This document shows positions 18,501 through 27,712 of a stretch of DNA of 64,000 nucleotides, one piece after another. Position numbers and translations under genes: made by a program. This stretch comes from Cenarchaeum sp. Lineage in GTDB: Archaea; Thermoproteota; Nitrososphaeria; Nitrososphaerales; Nitrosopumilaceae. The notes under the pieces are model-generated. The model saw only the letters and a program-made list of their open reading frames with translations, ran no database searches and was not told the origin of the DNA. Location: NCBI GenBank assembly GCA_965242695.1, contig CBDESU010000001.1, positions 1,536,001-1,600,000 of the forward strand. The letters are read 5' to 3'. The number at the start of each line of letters is the position of its first letter. The stretch's first letter is position 1.

Positions 18501-19918
18501 ACGCCTCCCGAGCCGCCGCGGTGCGCGACGAGTACTCGGCCGGCATCGGCATCGACTGCGATGCCGGCGGGGCCAGGGACGGATCCCGACGTCCAGAGGT
18601 GCGGGCGCGCCCCCGACGGCGGGACGGGGCCATACGCGGATACCGTTCCTGCGGCCGCATCGGCCGCGTACGCGGCCCCGCCCGCTCCGGCGGCCGCATC
18701 GGCGGGTGCGAACGGAGGCGTTCCCGCCGCGCCCCCGGCAACCGTCGTGTGCATCGTGCCGTTGGGGTGCGCCAGCACCGCCCTCCCGTTGGCCGCGTCC
18801 GTGACCAGCAGGAGCCCGTCGCCGCGGGCCGCAACGGACAGGAGGCGCGGCGGCAGCGCGCCATCCGGCGCCGCGCCCTGCCGCGGCGAAAGCTGTACGG
18901 GCGCGCCGGCCGGCGCCCCCGACGAATCGTACGAGTGCAGCGCCCCCTGGAGGAGCGACGCCGCGTACAGGGCGCCGCTGCCCGGATCCACGGCCACGCC
19001 GTGCGGGCTGCCGCGCGCCCCGTCCAGTGGAGGCACGTCGATTCTGCGCGCGTATTCGCCGCCGGCGCCGAACACGTGCACGGCATCGGCGGCCGCATCC
19101 GCGACGTACACCTCGCCCGATGCGGCGCCGACCGCGACGCCGTGCGGCGCGAGCAGGCGGACCGCGGATCCCGCCCGCGGGATCGACTCTAGGTACTCCC
19201 CGCCTGCGCCGAACACGATCACGCGCCCCGCGTTTCGCTCGGCGACGTAGACGCGGCCGTCCGGGGCGGCAGCCGCGCCGGCCGGCCAGTCCATCGTACC
19301 CGCGCCGGCGCCGGGCGCGCGGGCGCTTTCCGGCACGCGCAGCTCGCCGGCCCGCTCGCCGCCGGGGCCGATCACCGCGACGCTCCCCGATGCAGGATCC
19401 GACACGAACAGGTGGCCCGTGCCGTTGACGGCAATTCCGTGCGGGGATCCCCGCACCGCGATGACCGCTTCCAGTGTCCCTAGGCCCGCCGGTCCCGAGC
19501 CGATCTCGAATGCAAGCACGCGCCCGCCGCCCCCGCTGCCGTTCCCTGCATCGACTACGAACATGTGGGTCGAGTTGGCGGCGGCCGCGCCGGGCGCAAG
19601 ATGGGATGACGCGGGGGCGGGGGCAGGGCTGCCGGCGCCCAGCACCGTCCCCTGCGGAACGGCAACGTGCGTTGCGGCCGGCGCAGGCGCGCCGCCTCCA
19701 TCCGCCCCGCCGCCGGCGGCAGCGGCCCACGCCGGCGGCAGCGGCGCGGCAATGAGGCCGGCCGAGGCGGCAGCGGCGGCGGCAAGCACGACGGCAAGCG
19801 GAATGCAGAGTGCGAAGGCGGAATGCGCGGCCGATGCCCTCCGCGCCGCCCCGGCCGGCAGCGCCCCGCCCCGGCCGCCTCCAATGCCGCCACGGCGCAG
19901 CCTGCCGCAACGGCCCAT
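15548..19918 (-). CDS. Large secreted protein: NHL beta-propellers, one Ig-like repeat, type-1 periplasmic-binding-like domain and shared C-terminal module
   Basis: Signal-like hydrophobic stretch; many P.G.AV...G..YVAD NHL repeats; VTFTEPV...FSYTV...DAAGN repeat; YRLAP...AYSAYDAV..Y.GALG.V.LD...YDVW segment; C-terminal TCSMSL...QSIEYTASC. Confidence 0.8.
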   Translation of the reverse strand: MGRCGRLRRGGIGGGRGGALPAGAARRASAAHSAFALCIPLAVVLAAAAAASAGLIAAPLPPAWAAAAGGGADGGGAPAPAATHVAVPQGTVLGAGSPAPAPASSHLAPGAAAANSTHMFVVDAGNGSGGGGRVLAFEIGSGPAGLGTLEAVIAVRGSPHGIAVNGTGHLFVSDPASGSVAVIGPGGERAGELRVPESARAPGAGAGTMDWPAGAAAAPDGRVYVAERNAGRVIVFGAGGEYLESIPRAGSAVRLLAPHGVAVGAASGEVYVADAAADAVHVFGAGGEYARRIDVPPLDGARGSPHGVAVDPGSGALYAASLLQGALHSYDSSGAPAGAPVQLSPRQGAAPDGALPPRLLSVAARGDGLLLVTDAANGRAVLAHPNGTMHTTVAGGAAGTPPFAPADAAAGAGGAAYAADAAAGTVSAYGPVPPSGARPHLWTSGSVPGPAGIAVDADAGRVLVAHRGGSGGVAVGMLSAGDGSSAGVLYEGGDPGRPAGVAVGPGGTAAIADPSAGSVRLVAADGAQIGRIAGLDDPVDAAFMSDGSLVVAERGAHAVRVFGAGSWEGGAQGGPAGTVASFGLGAGGVFMPEAVAVDGGDRIIVADAGGSAAFGPRVQVFDYAGRPVSQFDRDGGGTGGADPYGARHAASYGAPYGLGAAPDGSILAAGAASGGGGGAVRTFASLDSEAPAVESFGMFGGDAAAPMPLAAGGAAHTLGPYSQIAANVTFTEPVVVRAAPPAAGGASAGLPPTLALGIAGGGEGRAPPASDEFCGPGNGTAAYGSGSGTASLLFSYTVLPGESAPELDYASEHPLDSRGSSITDAAGNRADLSMPAAPGGPGSFSAAAAAAGGSVAVNGGAGAFVGIGLLAANATDADSRAAALAACDFNRERASARDPGAGAPSAGPFLSLAAVEAPGALDVEASGGWADRRAALAIAALRESRGAGLGPAAYVTTLPDEVLATPVGPLQNSTVLGHAAGMGAVLVATAASSAPSPPAGYAGGETLYRLAPGGEHLAYALSAAIGPEIDVLFPIIQSDAFGEPAPARSGAAPFSHGLYGIVLGHLRDAGGIVNGFDAGALNYDRTRRAEFNFTAPHAGWAADAPDLDLNLALLKGQVGDNRVAVLYLGSAAEYVKIAEAAASAPGGLPSLSGTRWLAAGGVAASPLVEASPAAAALAASTGLDAVAFGVGGGGIGAGAAAGSSIEGYAATPAALRVDALVGPGQGGAARAYSAYDAVQVVGRAAALAAERAEGANGTNASASAPSATEISRHMGDAALAYAGALGNVRLDAATGYLGLPITYDVWRMDAETGAWLRAHAERGIDTCSMSLASPDLDFGPVKARAASSPVRQSMANTGTLDLARVALGPGEWDTGTGGAVPALPATLTEYVDELSAPAARFAAVSGDPSKPTLVARGLEPAAEAGLLLRLNLRAVQSLDGMGEMSQSIEYTASCDW

Positions 19919-20299
19919 GCAGGGTCGCCGGATGCGATCGCTATAAGACTTGCAGGGCGCCCTGCGCCCCCGGCACGGGGCGGCGCGGCCCCGATGCCCG
20001 GCTCGCCACGCCTCCCGCTCCTGCGCCGCCGGCCGGCCGCGCGCCCGGGCCTGCAGCCCGCTGCGAACTGCGGCGCGGCGGCGCCGACACGCCGGCGCAG
20101 GCGCTGGGCGCGCCCCGAACAGGCCCCCCAAGTCCCGGCACGGGGCATTGTCGAGGGGCCGAGTGCCGCCCCGACCCCCGGCGCGGCCTTGCGGCACGGG
20201 TGGCGCCAGGGGGCGTCCGCCATCGGCACGCCTATGGCCATCCATTTTTTATATACAAAAATTCAATGTCTATATACCGCAAAAAAGCGGATGCGGACA

Positions 20300-21526
20300 A
20301 TGGCGCGCAAGAAGGGATGGCTTGGGAGGATATCCAAGTATCTTATCGGCGGCAACATGGCAATGATGTTTGACGTGTACTGCGACATGGAAGAGGACGT
20401 CGACAAGCCCTACAGGCCCATCGAGTGGTACTTTTCGATCGCGGGCACAACGTGCGTCGAGCTGCTCTACAGGCAGGTCGGCCAGCACAAGTTCGATCCG
20501 ACGGATCGCATGGACACTCCCGTCTACCTGCGCGTCACTGCCGCCGACCTCCCCGAGCTCGCAAAGACCATACCGTGCCTTGGCCCCGCGGACCTGATCT
20601 GGCTCGACAGGCCCGTGCAGGGGATCGACATTCGGCAGATCCAGTACGAGCTGAAGATGAGGAGCGTATTCAAGGACGACCCCGCCCTGCTCAACGGGAC
20701 GCGCAGGATGCACGACGTGCGCAACGGCCATGTGCACGGGGCAGGAACCCTGCGGTGCCCAAGGCGGATAATCCTGTGGGTTGTCCTGCGCCACATCGAA
20801 AAGAACCTTGTGCAGATACCGCCCCTTCTTGCCATGTTTAGGCTGCACGGCGGGCACAGGGCGGACCTGCGCGGCGACCACGATCTCGCCGCGGCCCGCT
20901 ATCGCGAGGCAATCGAAGAGGCGGACAGGTCGGAGGAGGATCCGTCAGCGCGGCACGTGATTGCGGGCAAGGCCTTCGAGGGGCTCGGAGAGTACGACAA
21001 TGCGGTCGAGAGGTACGAGAGGGCCGTCTCTGCCGACCCAGAAAATGCGAGTGCCCATGTCGCCATGGGCCAGATCCTTGCGCAGATGGGGCGCGGCATG
21101 GATGCGCTGGCAAGGTACGACAAGGCGGTCAAGGTCGAGCCGCGCCATGCAAACGCGCACATAGGCAGGGCCAAAATCCTGCTGCATCTTGGCCGCCCGG
21201 ACGAGGCGCTCAAGAGCTACCTGCTGGCCGCCGAGGCCGACCCGTCCGACGCCGGCGCGCACACCGCGGCCGGAAAGCTTCACGAGTCGCAGGGCCGCCC
21301 GGGCGAGGCGCTCAAGAGATACCTGCTGGCCGCCGAGGCCGACTCGTCCGACATCCGCTCGTACGTGGCGACCGGGGCATTCAACGAAGAGCGGGGCAAC
21401 CTTGCCGAGTCCATGCGAGACTACAGCGCGGCGGCCTCGCTCGCAGGGGGGCAGGAGGCGGCCAGCCGCGCACAAGCCAGGCCCTCAAGCGACAGGGGCG
21501 GCCGAGCGAAGCGGGCGGCATCATAA
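20300..21526 (+). CDS. HEPN-like domain plus TPR-repeat protein
   Basis: RNGHVHG (RxxxxH, 20720-20737), followed by about 6 TPRs (e.g. AVERYERAVSADPENASAHVAMGQIL). AT-rich promoter at about 20245-20285. Confidence 0.75.
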   Translation: MARKKGWLGRISKYLIGGNMAMMFDVYCDMEEDVDKPYRPIEWYFSIAGTTCVELLYRQVGQHKFDPTDRMDTPVYLRVTAADLPELAKTIPCLGPADLIWLDRPVQGIDIRQIQYELKMRSVFKDDPALLNGTRRMHDVRNGHVHGAGTLRCPRRIILWVVLRHIEKNLVQIPPLLAMFRLHGGHRADLRGDHDLAAARYREAIEEADRSEEDPSARHVIAGKAFEGLGEYDNAVERYERAVSADPENASAHVAMGQILAQMGRGMDALARYDKAVKVEPRHANAHIGRAKILLHLGRPDEALKSYLLAAEADPSDAGAHTAAGKLHESQGRPGEALKRYLLAAEADSSDIRSYVATGAFNEERGNLAESMRDYSAAASLAGGQEAASRAQARPSSDRGGRAKRAAS

Positions 21527-21559
21527 GGCGTATTAAGCGCACAAGGGTGCGGCGGCACT

Positions 21560-21988
21560 ATGGGCGAAAGGAATGATGCCGCATATTCGGGGCCGCTCAG
21601 CCCCGAGGAAAAGGCCGAGTGCGACAGGGAGCTTGCCGAGATGCGGCGCAAGCTGTTTGAAGATCTGGACAAGTCGCTAGACGAGCGCATCCAGCAGACA
21701 ATCGACAGGACAATCGACAGGACAATCGACAGGACAATCGACAGGACAATCGACAGGACAATCGACAGGACCCTCTACGACTGCATCGACTTTGAAGCCC
21801 CTCCCGCCCTGGCCAAGGCGCTGCGCAGGGACTTTCCCAACTCGCCCCTGAACGATACGCGGCGCCCGCCGGCACGGCGGCCCGGCCTGCGGCGGCAGGC
21901 GCGTGACGGTTCGGCGCCGCAGGCAGTGGCAGCAGTCGACGTCGTGGCCGCCCGACAGCCGCGGCCCCAAGCGGCGCGGGGCGCATAG
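21560..21988 (+). CDS. Small hypothetical protein with a (TIDR)6 repeat
   Basis: Shares the N-terminus YSGPLSPEEKAECDRELAEM with 22000..22245. TATTAA lies upstream. Confidence 0.65.
   Translation: MGERNDAAYSGPLSPEEKAECDRELAEMRRKLFEDLDKSLDERIQQTIDRTIDRTIDRTIDRTIDRTIDRTLYDCIDFEAPPALAKALRRDFPNSPLNDTRRPPARRPGLRRQARDGSAPQAVAAVDVVAARQPRPQAARGA
21698..21769 (+). repeat. Perfect 12-bp tandem repeat (ACAATCGACAGG)x6, in frame
   Basis: Directly visible in the sequence. Confidence 0.95.
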
Positions 21989-21999
21989 GTGGCGCCAAG

Positions 22000-22245
22000 A
22001 TGGCCGAAAGCGGCAGCGCCTCCTATTCGGGGCCGCTCAGCCCCGAGGAAAAGGCAGAGTGCGACAGGGAGCTTGCCGAGATGCACCGCAAGTTCTTTGA
22101 AGATCTTGACAAGGATCTTGACGACTGCGTCAGGGAGTGCACGGAGTGGAACTTTGAGAGGGAGTTTGAACTGCGCGCTATCGGCGGAATGTCCCCCGCC
22201 ATGGCCAAGCGGCTGCGCGGCAGGGTTCCCAAGCACGCCTCCTGA
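22000..22245 (+). CDS. Small hypothetical protein, paralogue of 21560..21988
   Basis: Near-identical ~85-nt 5' region; lacks the TIDR repeat. Confidence 0.65.
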   Translation: MAESGSASYSGPLSPEEKAECDRELAEMHRKFFEDLDKDLDDCVRECTEWNFEREFELRAIGGMSPAMAKRLRGRVPKHAS

Positions 22246-22679
22246 CTGCGTCCGACGCCGGCGCAGCGCGGGCAGCGTCCCGCAGGCTGCAGCTGCCATC
22301 GAGCCGGAATACCAGACTGCCGGCCGATCGCCGCCTCGAGTGGCGGCCGGCAACAGGCCGCGCTTTTGGGCAGGCCCCCCAGATGCCGGCGCCGCCGCAT
22401 CCGGCGGCGGGTGCGCGCCGGAGGAGGCGGCTCGGAACCGGTTCCGTGCGCGCCACCCCGCCTCCAGGTCGATCGCCTGCCCCGCACACCTGCCTGCCAG
22501 CCGCGGCGCAGGGCGCGCGGGGAAGGAGCACCGTCCAGGCGGCGGGCGGATCGACCGCATGGGCTGCGCGGCAGGCCGTCCCGGCCGGCAGCGCGGCAGT
22601 GCCGGCAGCGCGCCGCCGTCGGGCACCTCCCGGCGATCGCCCCGCCTACCATTAAATAGCGCCGCCCGAATGCGCCGCC

Positions 22680-23492
22680 GTGCTCCCGGCGCAGCAGGGC
22701 TACGACAGGGCCATTACGGTCTTCTCGCCCGACGGCAGGCTGTACCAGGTCGAGTATGCGATCGAGACCGTCCGCCGCGGCACGGCAGCCGTCGGCGTAA
22801 GGTGCGCCGGCGGGGTGGTGCTCGCCGGCGAGGAGAGGCACCGCAAGCTCCAGGTGGCCGACGTGCCGCAAAAGATGTTCCAGGTCGACGACCACCTCGG
22901 GGCCGTCGCGGCCGGCTACATACCGGACGCGCGCAGCCAGGTCGACAACGCCCGCTTCTTCTCGCAGAGCAACCGGCTCATCTACGACGAGCCCGTCGAG
23001 GCAGAGGCCGTGGCAAAGCACCTTGCCGACCAGTGCCAGCAGTTCACGCAGTACGCGGGCGTCCGGCCGCTCGGAGTCTCGCTCATACTCGGCGGGATCG
23101 ACTCTGGCGGCGAGCCGCGCATGTTCCTTACCGACCCGAGCGGGACGTACATACAGTACGACGCGATCGCGATCGGATCGGGCGCCGACAGGGCCTCGCC
23201 GTTCCTTGAAAAGTCGTACCGCGCCGACATGGATCTGGCCGAGGCGGCCGTGCTGGCGGCAGCCGGCATCCGCGCCGCCGGCAGCCAGTCGGGGGCGCCG
23301 CCCGAGAACTCGCGCGTGCGGCTGGCAAGGATACCGGCATCCACCGGGTCGTTCGAGTCCGTTCCCGACGAAGAGGCCGCCTCCACATACGAAGAGGCGG
23401 CCAAAAAGTACCCCCTCCCGGGCGATGCAAAGCGGGAGGAGGATGGCAGGAAGGGCCCCGAGGCCGCGCCGGATCCCGGCGACGGCCGCTGA
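22680..23492 (+). CDS. psmA: Proteasome subunit alpha
   Basis: GYDRAITVFSPDGRLYQVEYA signature; RPLGVSLILGG and TDPSG motifs. Confidence 0.97.
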   Translation: MLPAQQGYDRAITVFSPDGRLYQVEYAIETVRRGTAAVGVRCAGGVVLAGEERHRKLQVADVPQKMFQVDDHLGAVAAGYIPDARSQVDNARFFSQSNRLIYDEPVEAEAVAKHLADQCQQFTQYAGVRPLGVSLILGGIDSGGEPRMFLTDPSGTYIQYDAIAIGSGADRASPFLEKSYRADMDLAEAAVLAAAGIRAAGSQSGAPPENSRVRLARIPASTGSFESVPDEEAASTYEEAAKKYPLPGDAKREEDGRKGPEAAPDPGDGR

Positions 23493-23592
23493 CCTGCGCC
23501 CGCCGCCGCCGGCATCCAGGCGCCTGCCGCCGATGCCGCATGTTGCCGCCCCTCCTGCACGCTTTATACGCGGCCCGCGGCGCGCGGACGCA

Positions 23593-24684
23593 GTGGCATC
23601 GGCGCAGGGCCGCGGGCGGGGCGGCAGAAAGGGAAGGGGGCGGCCGGAAAGGCCGCCGCGCCGCGACCGCGGCCCGGGCGCTCGGGCAGGCGGGAGGCGA
23701 ACGGGGCGCCGGGAGGTGCGCGGGCAGGCGGAAGGCGGGAAGCGCGCGGGCCCGAACGCGGCCCGCCGGCGCCCCGCCGCGGGCGGCAGGCGGGAGAAGC
23801 CGCGGCAGGGGGCGGCGCGGCCGGAGCGGCAGGATCGCGCCGCCGCGCGGCCCCCTCCCCCTCCCCCGGCCGCGCGCCTGGCGATAGCGATACCCGACTC
23901 GTGCCTTGCCGACGAGTCGACGCGGCTAGACAAGTCTCGCAAGATATCGTCGATCGCGCGCGCATGCGCCGTGTTCGGCGTCTCCGAGGTGTGCGTGTAC
24001 GAGGAGGGAGGGGCGCCGCCGGACCGCCGCCTGCTCTCGTCCGTCCTGCGGTACGCCGAGACGCCGCCGTTCCTGCGCCGCCGCCTGTACGGGATGGACG
24101 ACGACCTGCGGTACGCCGGCGCGCTCAAGCCGCTCAGGATACCGAGCCACTCGGCCCCGGCGGACCTGTCCATGGCAAGGCCCGGAGACGTGCGCGAGGG
24201 CGTCGTGCTCGCCGGGCGCGGCGAGCCGCGCGCGGACGTCGGCGCAGGCGAGCCGGTCGCGTACAGGGGAGGCGGGCGGCCGGGCGAGCGCGTCACGCTG
24301 CGGCTCGGCCGCTCCGCCGACGGGGCCCTCGAGTCGCGCGAGATCGGGCGCGACGAGGCCGGCGCGTACTGGGGGTACAGGGTGCGGGCGCGCGGCCCGC
24401 TCGCCCATCTGCTGTCGTCCTGGAAGGGTCGCATCATACTCACGTCGCGGCTCGGGCGGCCGGCCACGGCGGCCGACGTGCGCCTGCATGCGGCGCCCGG
24501 CGCCGAGCCGGCGCTCGTCGCGTTCGGCTCGACGGACCGGGGAATCCACGAGATACTCGGCGCATCGATCAGGACGGTCCAGAACGCGCGCACGCTCAAC
24601 TTCTTTCCGGGCCAGCAGACCGAGACCGTCCGCCTGGAAGAGGCCGTGATCGGCGTCCTGTCCGTCCTGCGGTCGGGCCTCTAG
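23593..24684 (+). CDS. SPOUT-class RNA methyltransferase (DUF171 / SPOUT1-like) with a basic N-terminal extension
   Basis: IAIPDS...KISSIARACAVFGV, YAETPPFLR, YWGYRV and NFFPGQQTETVRLEEA motifs. Confidence 0.88.
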   Translation: MASAQGRGRGGRKGRGRPERPPRRDRGPGARAGGRRTGRREVRGQAEGGKRAGPNAARRRPAAGGRREKPRQGAARPERQDRAAARPPPPPPAARLAIAIPDSCLADESTRLDKSRKISSIARACAVFGVSEVCVYEEGGAPPDRRLLSSVLRYAETPPFLRRRLYGMDDDLRYAGALKPLRIPSHSAPADLSMARPGDVREGVVLAGRGEPRADVGAGEPVAYRGGGRPGERVTLRLGRSADGALESREIGRDEAGAYWGYRVRARGPLAHLLSSWKGRIILTSRLGRPATAADVRLHAAPGAEPALVAFGSTDRGIHEILGASIRTVQNARTLNFFPGQQTETVRLEEAVIGVLSVLRSGL

Positions 24685-25198
24685 CGCCGCCCTGCCGTGA
24701 AGCCGGCCCGCGCCGGCGCAGGGCGCGGGAAGGCGCGGCCGCCGCGGCCCGCATCGCCGCGCCGGCAGGCCGCGAAAGCGCGGCGCGCAAGAGTCATAGG
24801 TGCCGTGCCAGGGCCGGTGCCGTGCCAGGGCCGGCAAAAAAGAGGCGGGCGAAAGAGCCCGGCGGGGGCGGCGAAGGGCGCCTGCACGGCCTGTACGAGC
24901 GCATAGAGCGCGCGCGGCCTGCCGCCCGAAGAGGCCGTCCGCATATGCAAGTCGATCGTAAACGACGCGATCCGCGACGCTGGGATGGACCCCGGAGACA
25001 TGGAGGGACCGAGGGGCGAGCGCTGGCGCCGGCGCCCCCATGGCGGTTCCCAAGGCAGATGAGATGGCCCGCAGCCCTCGACGCGCCTGCCGCGCACGCC
25101 CGTCCCGGCCGCACACGGAGGCGGCCGCGGGGGCCGCATGCGGCGCCGCCGGCGCGGCCGCGCGGTAGGTTTAACGGGGCCCCCGCGCAGGGCCCCGC

Positions 25199-26167
25199 AT
25201 GGGGACGGTGTTCGTGGCCGGCACGGAGATCGGCGTCGGAAAGACGGTCGTGGCCGGTGCGCTCGTCCACGCGGCCATCGCGGCCGGCGCCAGGCCCGCG
25301 TTCATCAAGCCGTTCGTCACGGACGACATGGAGGACATGCACGCCGTCCTCCTCGCATCCATAGGCGCGATGGGGCGGCCTGCCAAGGGAGTCGCCGTCT
25401 CCCCCGCGGCCTGCACGGCCGAGTACACCTTCAACTCGCAGGCCTCGCCGTACGCGGGGATGTCCGGATCGGGGGAAGGCGTCGACGTCGGCGCCGTCCT
25501 CGGCACGATCTCGGAGATGTGCGGCGACACGGGGACGGTCATAGTAGAGGGCAGCGGCGGCGTGATGACGCCCATACGCAGGGGCTACCACATGGCGGAC
25601 CTTATGGCCGACGCCGCAATGTCGCCCATAGTGGTCACGACAAACAGGATCGGCGCCCTCGGCCTGGCCGCAATGTCGGCCGAGGCGTGCAAGGAGCGCA
25701 GGGCGCCGCCGATCGGCTTTGTGGTAAACTGCATCGACCCCGACGGGTACGAGCCGGACCGGATCGCCGGCGACATAAGGGACGTTACGGGGGCGCCCGT
25801 GCTGGCGGTGCTCGGCATGCACGGGGAGCGCCCCGCGCAGGGGAGAAAGGGGAGCCTGTTCGGCTCGCTCCCCCCGGAAAAGGGCGCGGACGGCATGATC
25901 GAGGGCGGGTTCCTCGGGGCGCGCATGCCTGAGGGGGCGAAGAGATCCGCGGCCGCCGCCGGCGCGATCCACGAGGGCGGGCTGCTGAAGGGCATTGCGG
26001 ACGTGCTCCTGGCCGAGGAGGACCGTCGCGCGCAGGAGGTCAGGGACAGCGCCATAGAGAGGCGCAGGTGGCGGCTCGTCCCGGCCGCGGGAGGGGGCCG
26101 CGGCGGGGCCGGCGCGCAAAAGGGCGGGCGGAAGAAAAGGAAGAAGAGGGGGTCGGGGGCGCCATGA
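25199..26167 (+). CDS. bioD: Dethiobiotin synthase-like protein, copy 1
   Basis: VFVAGTEIGVGKT, KPF, ASPY, IVEGSGGVMTP and GFVVN motifs. Confidence 0.8.
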   Translation: MGTVFVAGTEIGVGKTVVAGALVHAAIAAGARPAFIKPFVTDDMEDMHAVLLASIGAMGRPAKGVAVSPAACTAEYTFNSQASPYAGMSGSGEGVDVGAVLGTISEMCGDTGTVIVEGSGGVMTPIRRGYHMADLMADAAMSPIVVTTNRIGALGLAAMSAEACKERRAPPIGFVVNCIDPDGYEPDRIAGDIRDVTGAPVLAVLGMHGERPAQGRKGSLFGSLPPEKGADGMIEGGFLGARMPEGAKRSAAAAGAIHEGGLLKGIADVLLAEEDRRAQEVRDSAIERRRWRLVPAAGGGRGGAGAQKGGRKKRKKRGSGAP

Positions 26168-27078
26168 GGCCCGTGTTCGTGTCGGGCACCGACACCGGCG
26201 TCGGAAAGACCGTCGTGGCCGGCGCGCTCGCCCGCACGGCCGCGGCCGCCGGCTGCAGTACCGCCGTGTACAAGCCGTTCATGGCCGGCGGGACGGGCGA
26301 CATTGCGGTCCTGGCTGCGGCGGCTGCGGCCGCCCCCGCTGCGGGGCCCTCCGGCGCGCCCGGAAAGGACGGCGAGAACGCGGCTGGGCCCGTCGCGGCC
26401 CACTACGAGTACGCGTTCCGCACCCCCGCCTCGCCCTACACGGCCGCCCGCCTGGAGGGGTCCGCGATCGACATCGGGGCCGTCCTGGACAGGCTTGCGC
26501 AGCTGCGGCGGGACTACGAGGCGGTCGTCGTAGAGGGCATAGGGGGAGCCATGACGCCCCTCCTCAGGGACTACTTTGTGGCCGACCTGGCAAGGGACAT
26601 GGTCGCGCCGGTCGTCATAGTCACGTCCAACGGGTTCGACGCGGCCGGCCACTCGGCCATGGCCGAGTCGAGCTGCAGGCGGCGCGGGGCCCGCGTGGCC
26701 GGATTCGTGATCAACTCCATCAGCGAGTACGGGTACGTGCCGGCCGCGCTGCGAGGCGAGATCGGCGCCGTCGCCGAGGCGCCGGTCCTCGCGACGGTCA
26801 AGAAGCAGAAAACCGGCGCGCCAAAAGGCGGCGGGTACGACATTGCGGGCGCGCTGCGCGCCCTGGGGGTCGACGTTCCGGCCGGCACAGATGGCGCAGA
26901 GTCGAGCGCGCATGCGGCCATCCGCGCGTTCGAGGGCGGGTACGTGGACGGGGCGGCGCGCATCATGTTCGGCGACGGGCGCTGGGGCGGCGCGGCCGCG
27001 CGTTGGCGGGAGCAGAGGCGCAAGAGGCGCATGCGGAGGAAGAAGGCGCGCGAGTCGAGGCGGCCGGCGGCCGGGTAG
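26164..27078 (+). CDS. bioD: Dethiobiotin synthase-like protein, copy 2
   Basis: VFVSGTDTGVGKT, YKPF, PASPYTAA and VVEGIGGAMTPL motifs. ATGA overlap with copy 1. Confidence 0.85.
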   Translation: MRPVFVSGTDTGVGKTVVAGALARTAAAAGCSTAVYKPFMAGGTGDIAVLAAAAAAAPAAGPSGAPGKDGENAAGPVAAHYEYAFRTPASPYTAARLEGSAIDIGAVLDRLAQLRRDYEAVVVEGIGGAMTPLLRDYFVADLARDMVAPVVIVTSNGFDAAGHSAMAESSCRRRGARVAGFVINSISEYGYVPAALRGEIGAVAEAPVLATVKKQKTGAPKGGGYDIAGALRALGVDVPAGTDGAESSAHAAIRAFEGGYVDGAARIMFGDGRWGGAAARWREQRRKRRMRRKKARESRRPAAG

Positions 27079-27344
27079 CCCGCAGGGCGGGCGGGGCGGC
27101 CGGCGGCAGGGCGCCATGTTCCGGCGACTCCCGACAAAGATGAGGACGGCGCACATTCGAACGCCAATGGTGGCGGGCCGGCACGGCGGCGGCGCGGCAG
27201 GGCGGGGCGGCAATAGCGAGCGGCGGGGCTGGATCAACGGCCATCTTCACCGCACTCCAAGGCGGCTCCGGCCGTTCAGCGCGGGCCCGGGGGACGCCAG
27301 GTCGCGCGGCGGCACTACAGAGGAGGGACGAGGTCCAGAGTCTC

Positions 27345-27617
27345 TTGGACGTGCTCGTTCCGATGAGCCTGCATCTCAGGGACGCATCCTACCTTGATCT
27401 TCACGTCGTCTGGGAAAAAATTTCAGAGTTCCTACGCCGCCGCCGCGAGGACTGGCCGGCGGCGAGGGGCGAGGTCATCGCCCTCGCATCAAGGCTTGAA
27501 AAAAGCGACGGGCGTAGGGTGGACCTCTCGGCGGAAGACATGTCCGTCCTGGGCAGCGTTGCCGGCGCCCTTGACAGCGAGTGCTCTCGCCTGTTCGGGA
27601 AGTTGTACAGGAGATGA
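27345..27617 (+). CDS. Small hypothetical helical protein
   Basis: Protein-like composition. Followed by an ATGA-coupled short ORF (27614) that is interrupted by the IS. Confidence 0.4.
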   Translation: MDVLVPMSLHLRDASYLDLHVVWEKISEFLRRRREDWPAARGEVIALASRLEKSDGRRVDLSAEDMSVLGSVAGALDSECSRLFGKLYRR

Positions 27618-27712
27618 GCGTCCAGTATCTGAAGCGTTTGATTCGCGATCAAATCAACAGGGCACAGTCGCTAAAAGAGATCCCGCACAGCCCAAGGCAT
27701 ACGGCCCTAGAA

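Noticed and set aside
21698-21769. CRISPR or iteron array
   Set aside because: Spacerless, in-frame coding tandem repeat.
24697-25062. Small gene between the SPOUT methyltransferase and bioD (…LPPEEAVRICKSIVNDAIRDAG…)
   Set aside because: A protein-like fragment interrupted by an in-frame TAG at about 24904; too little support to call.
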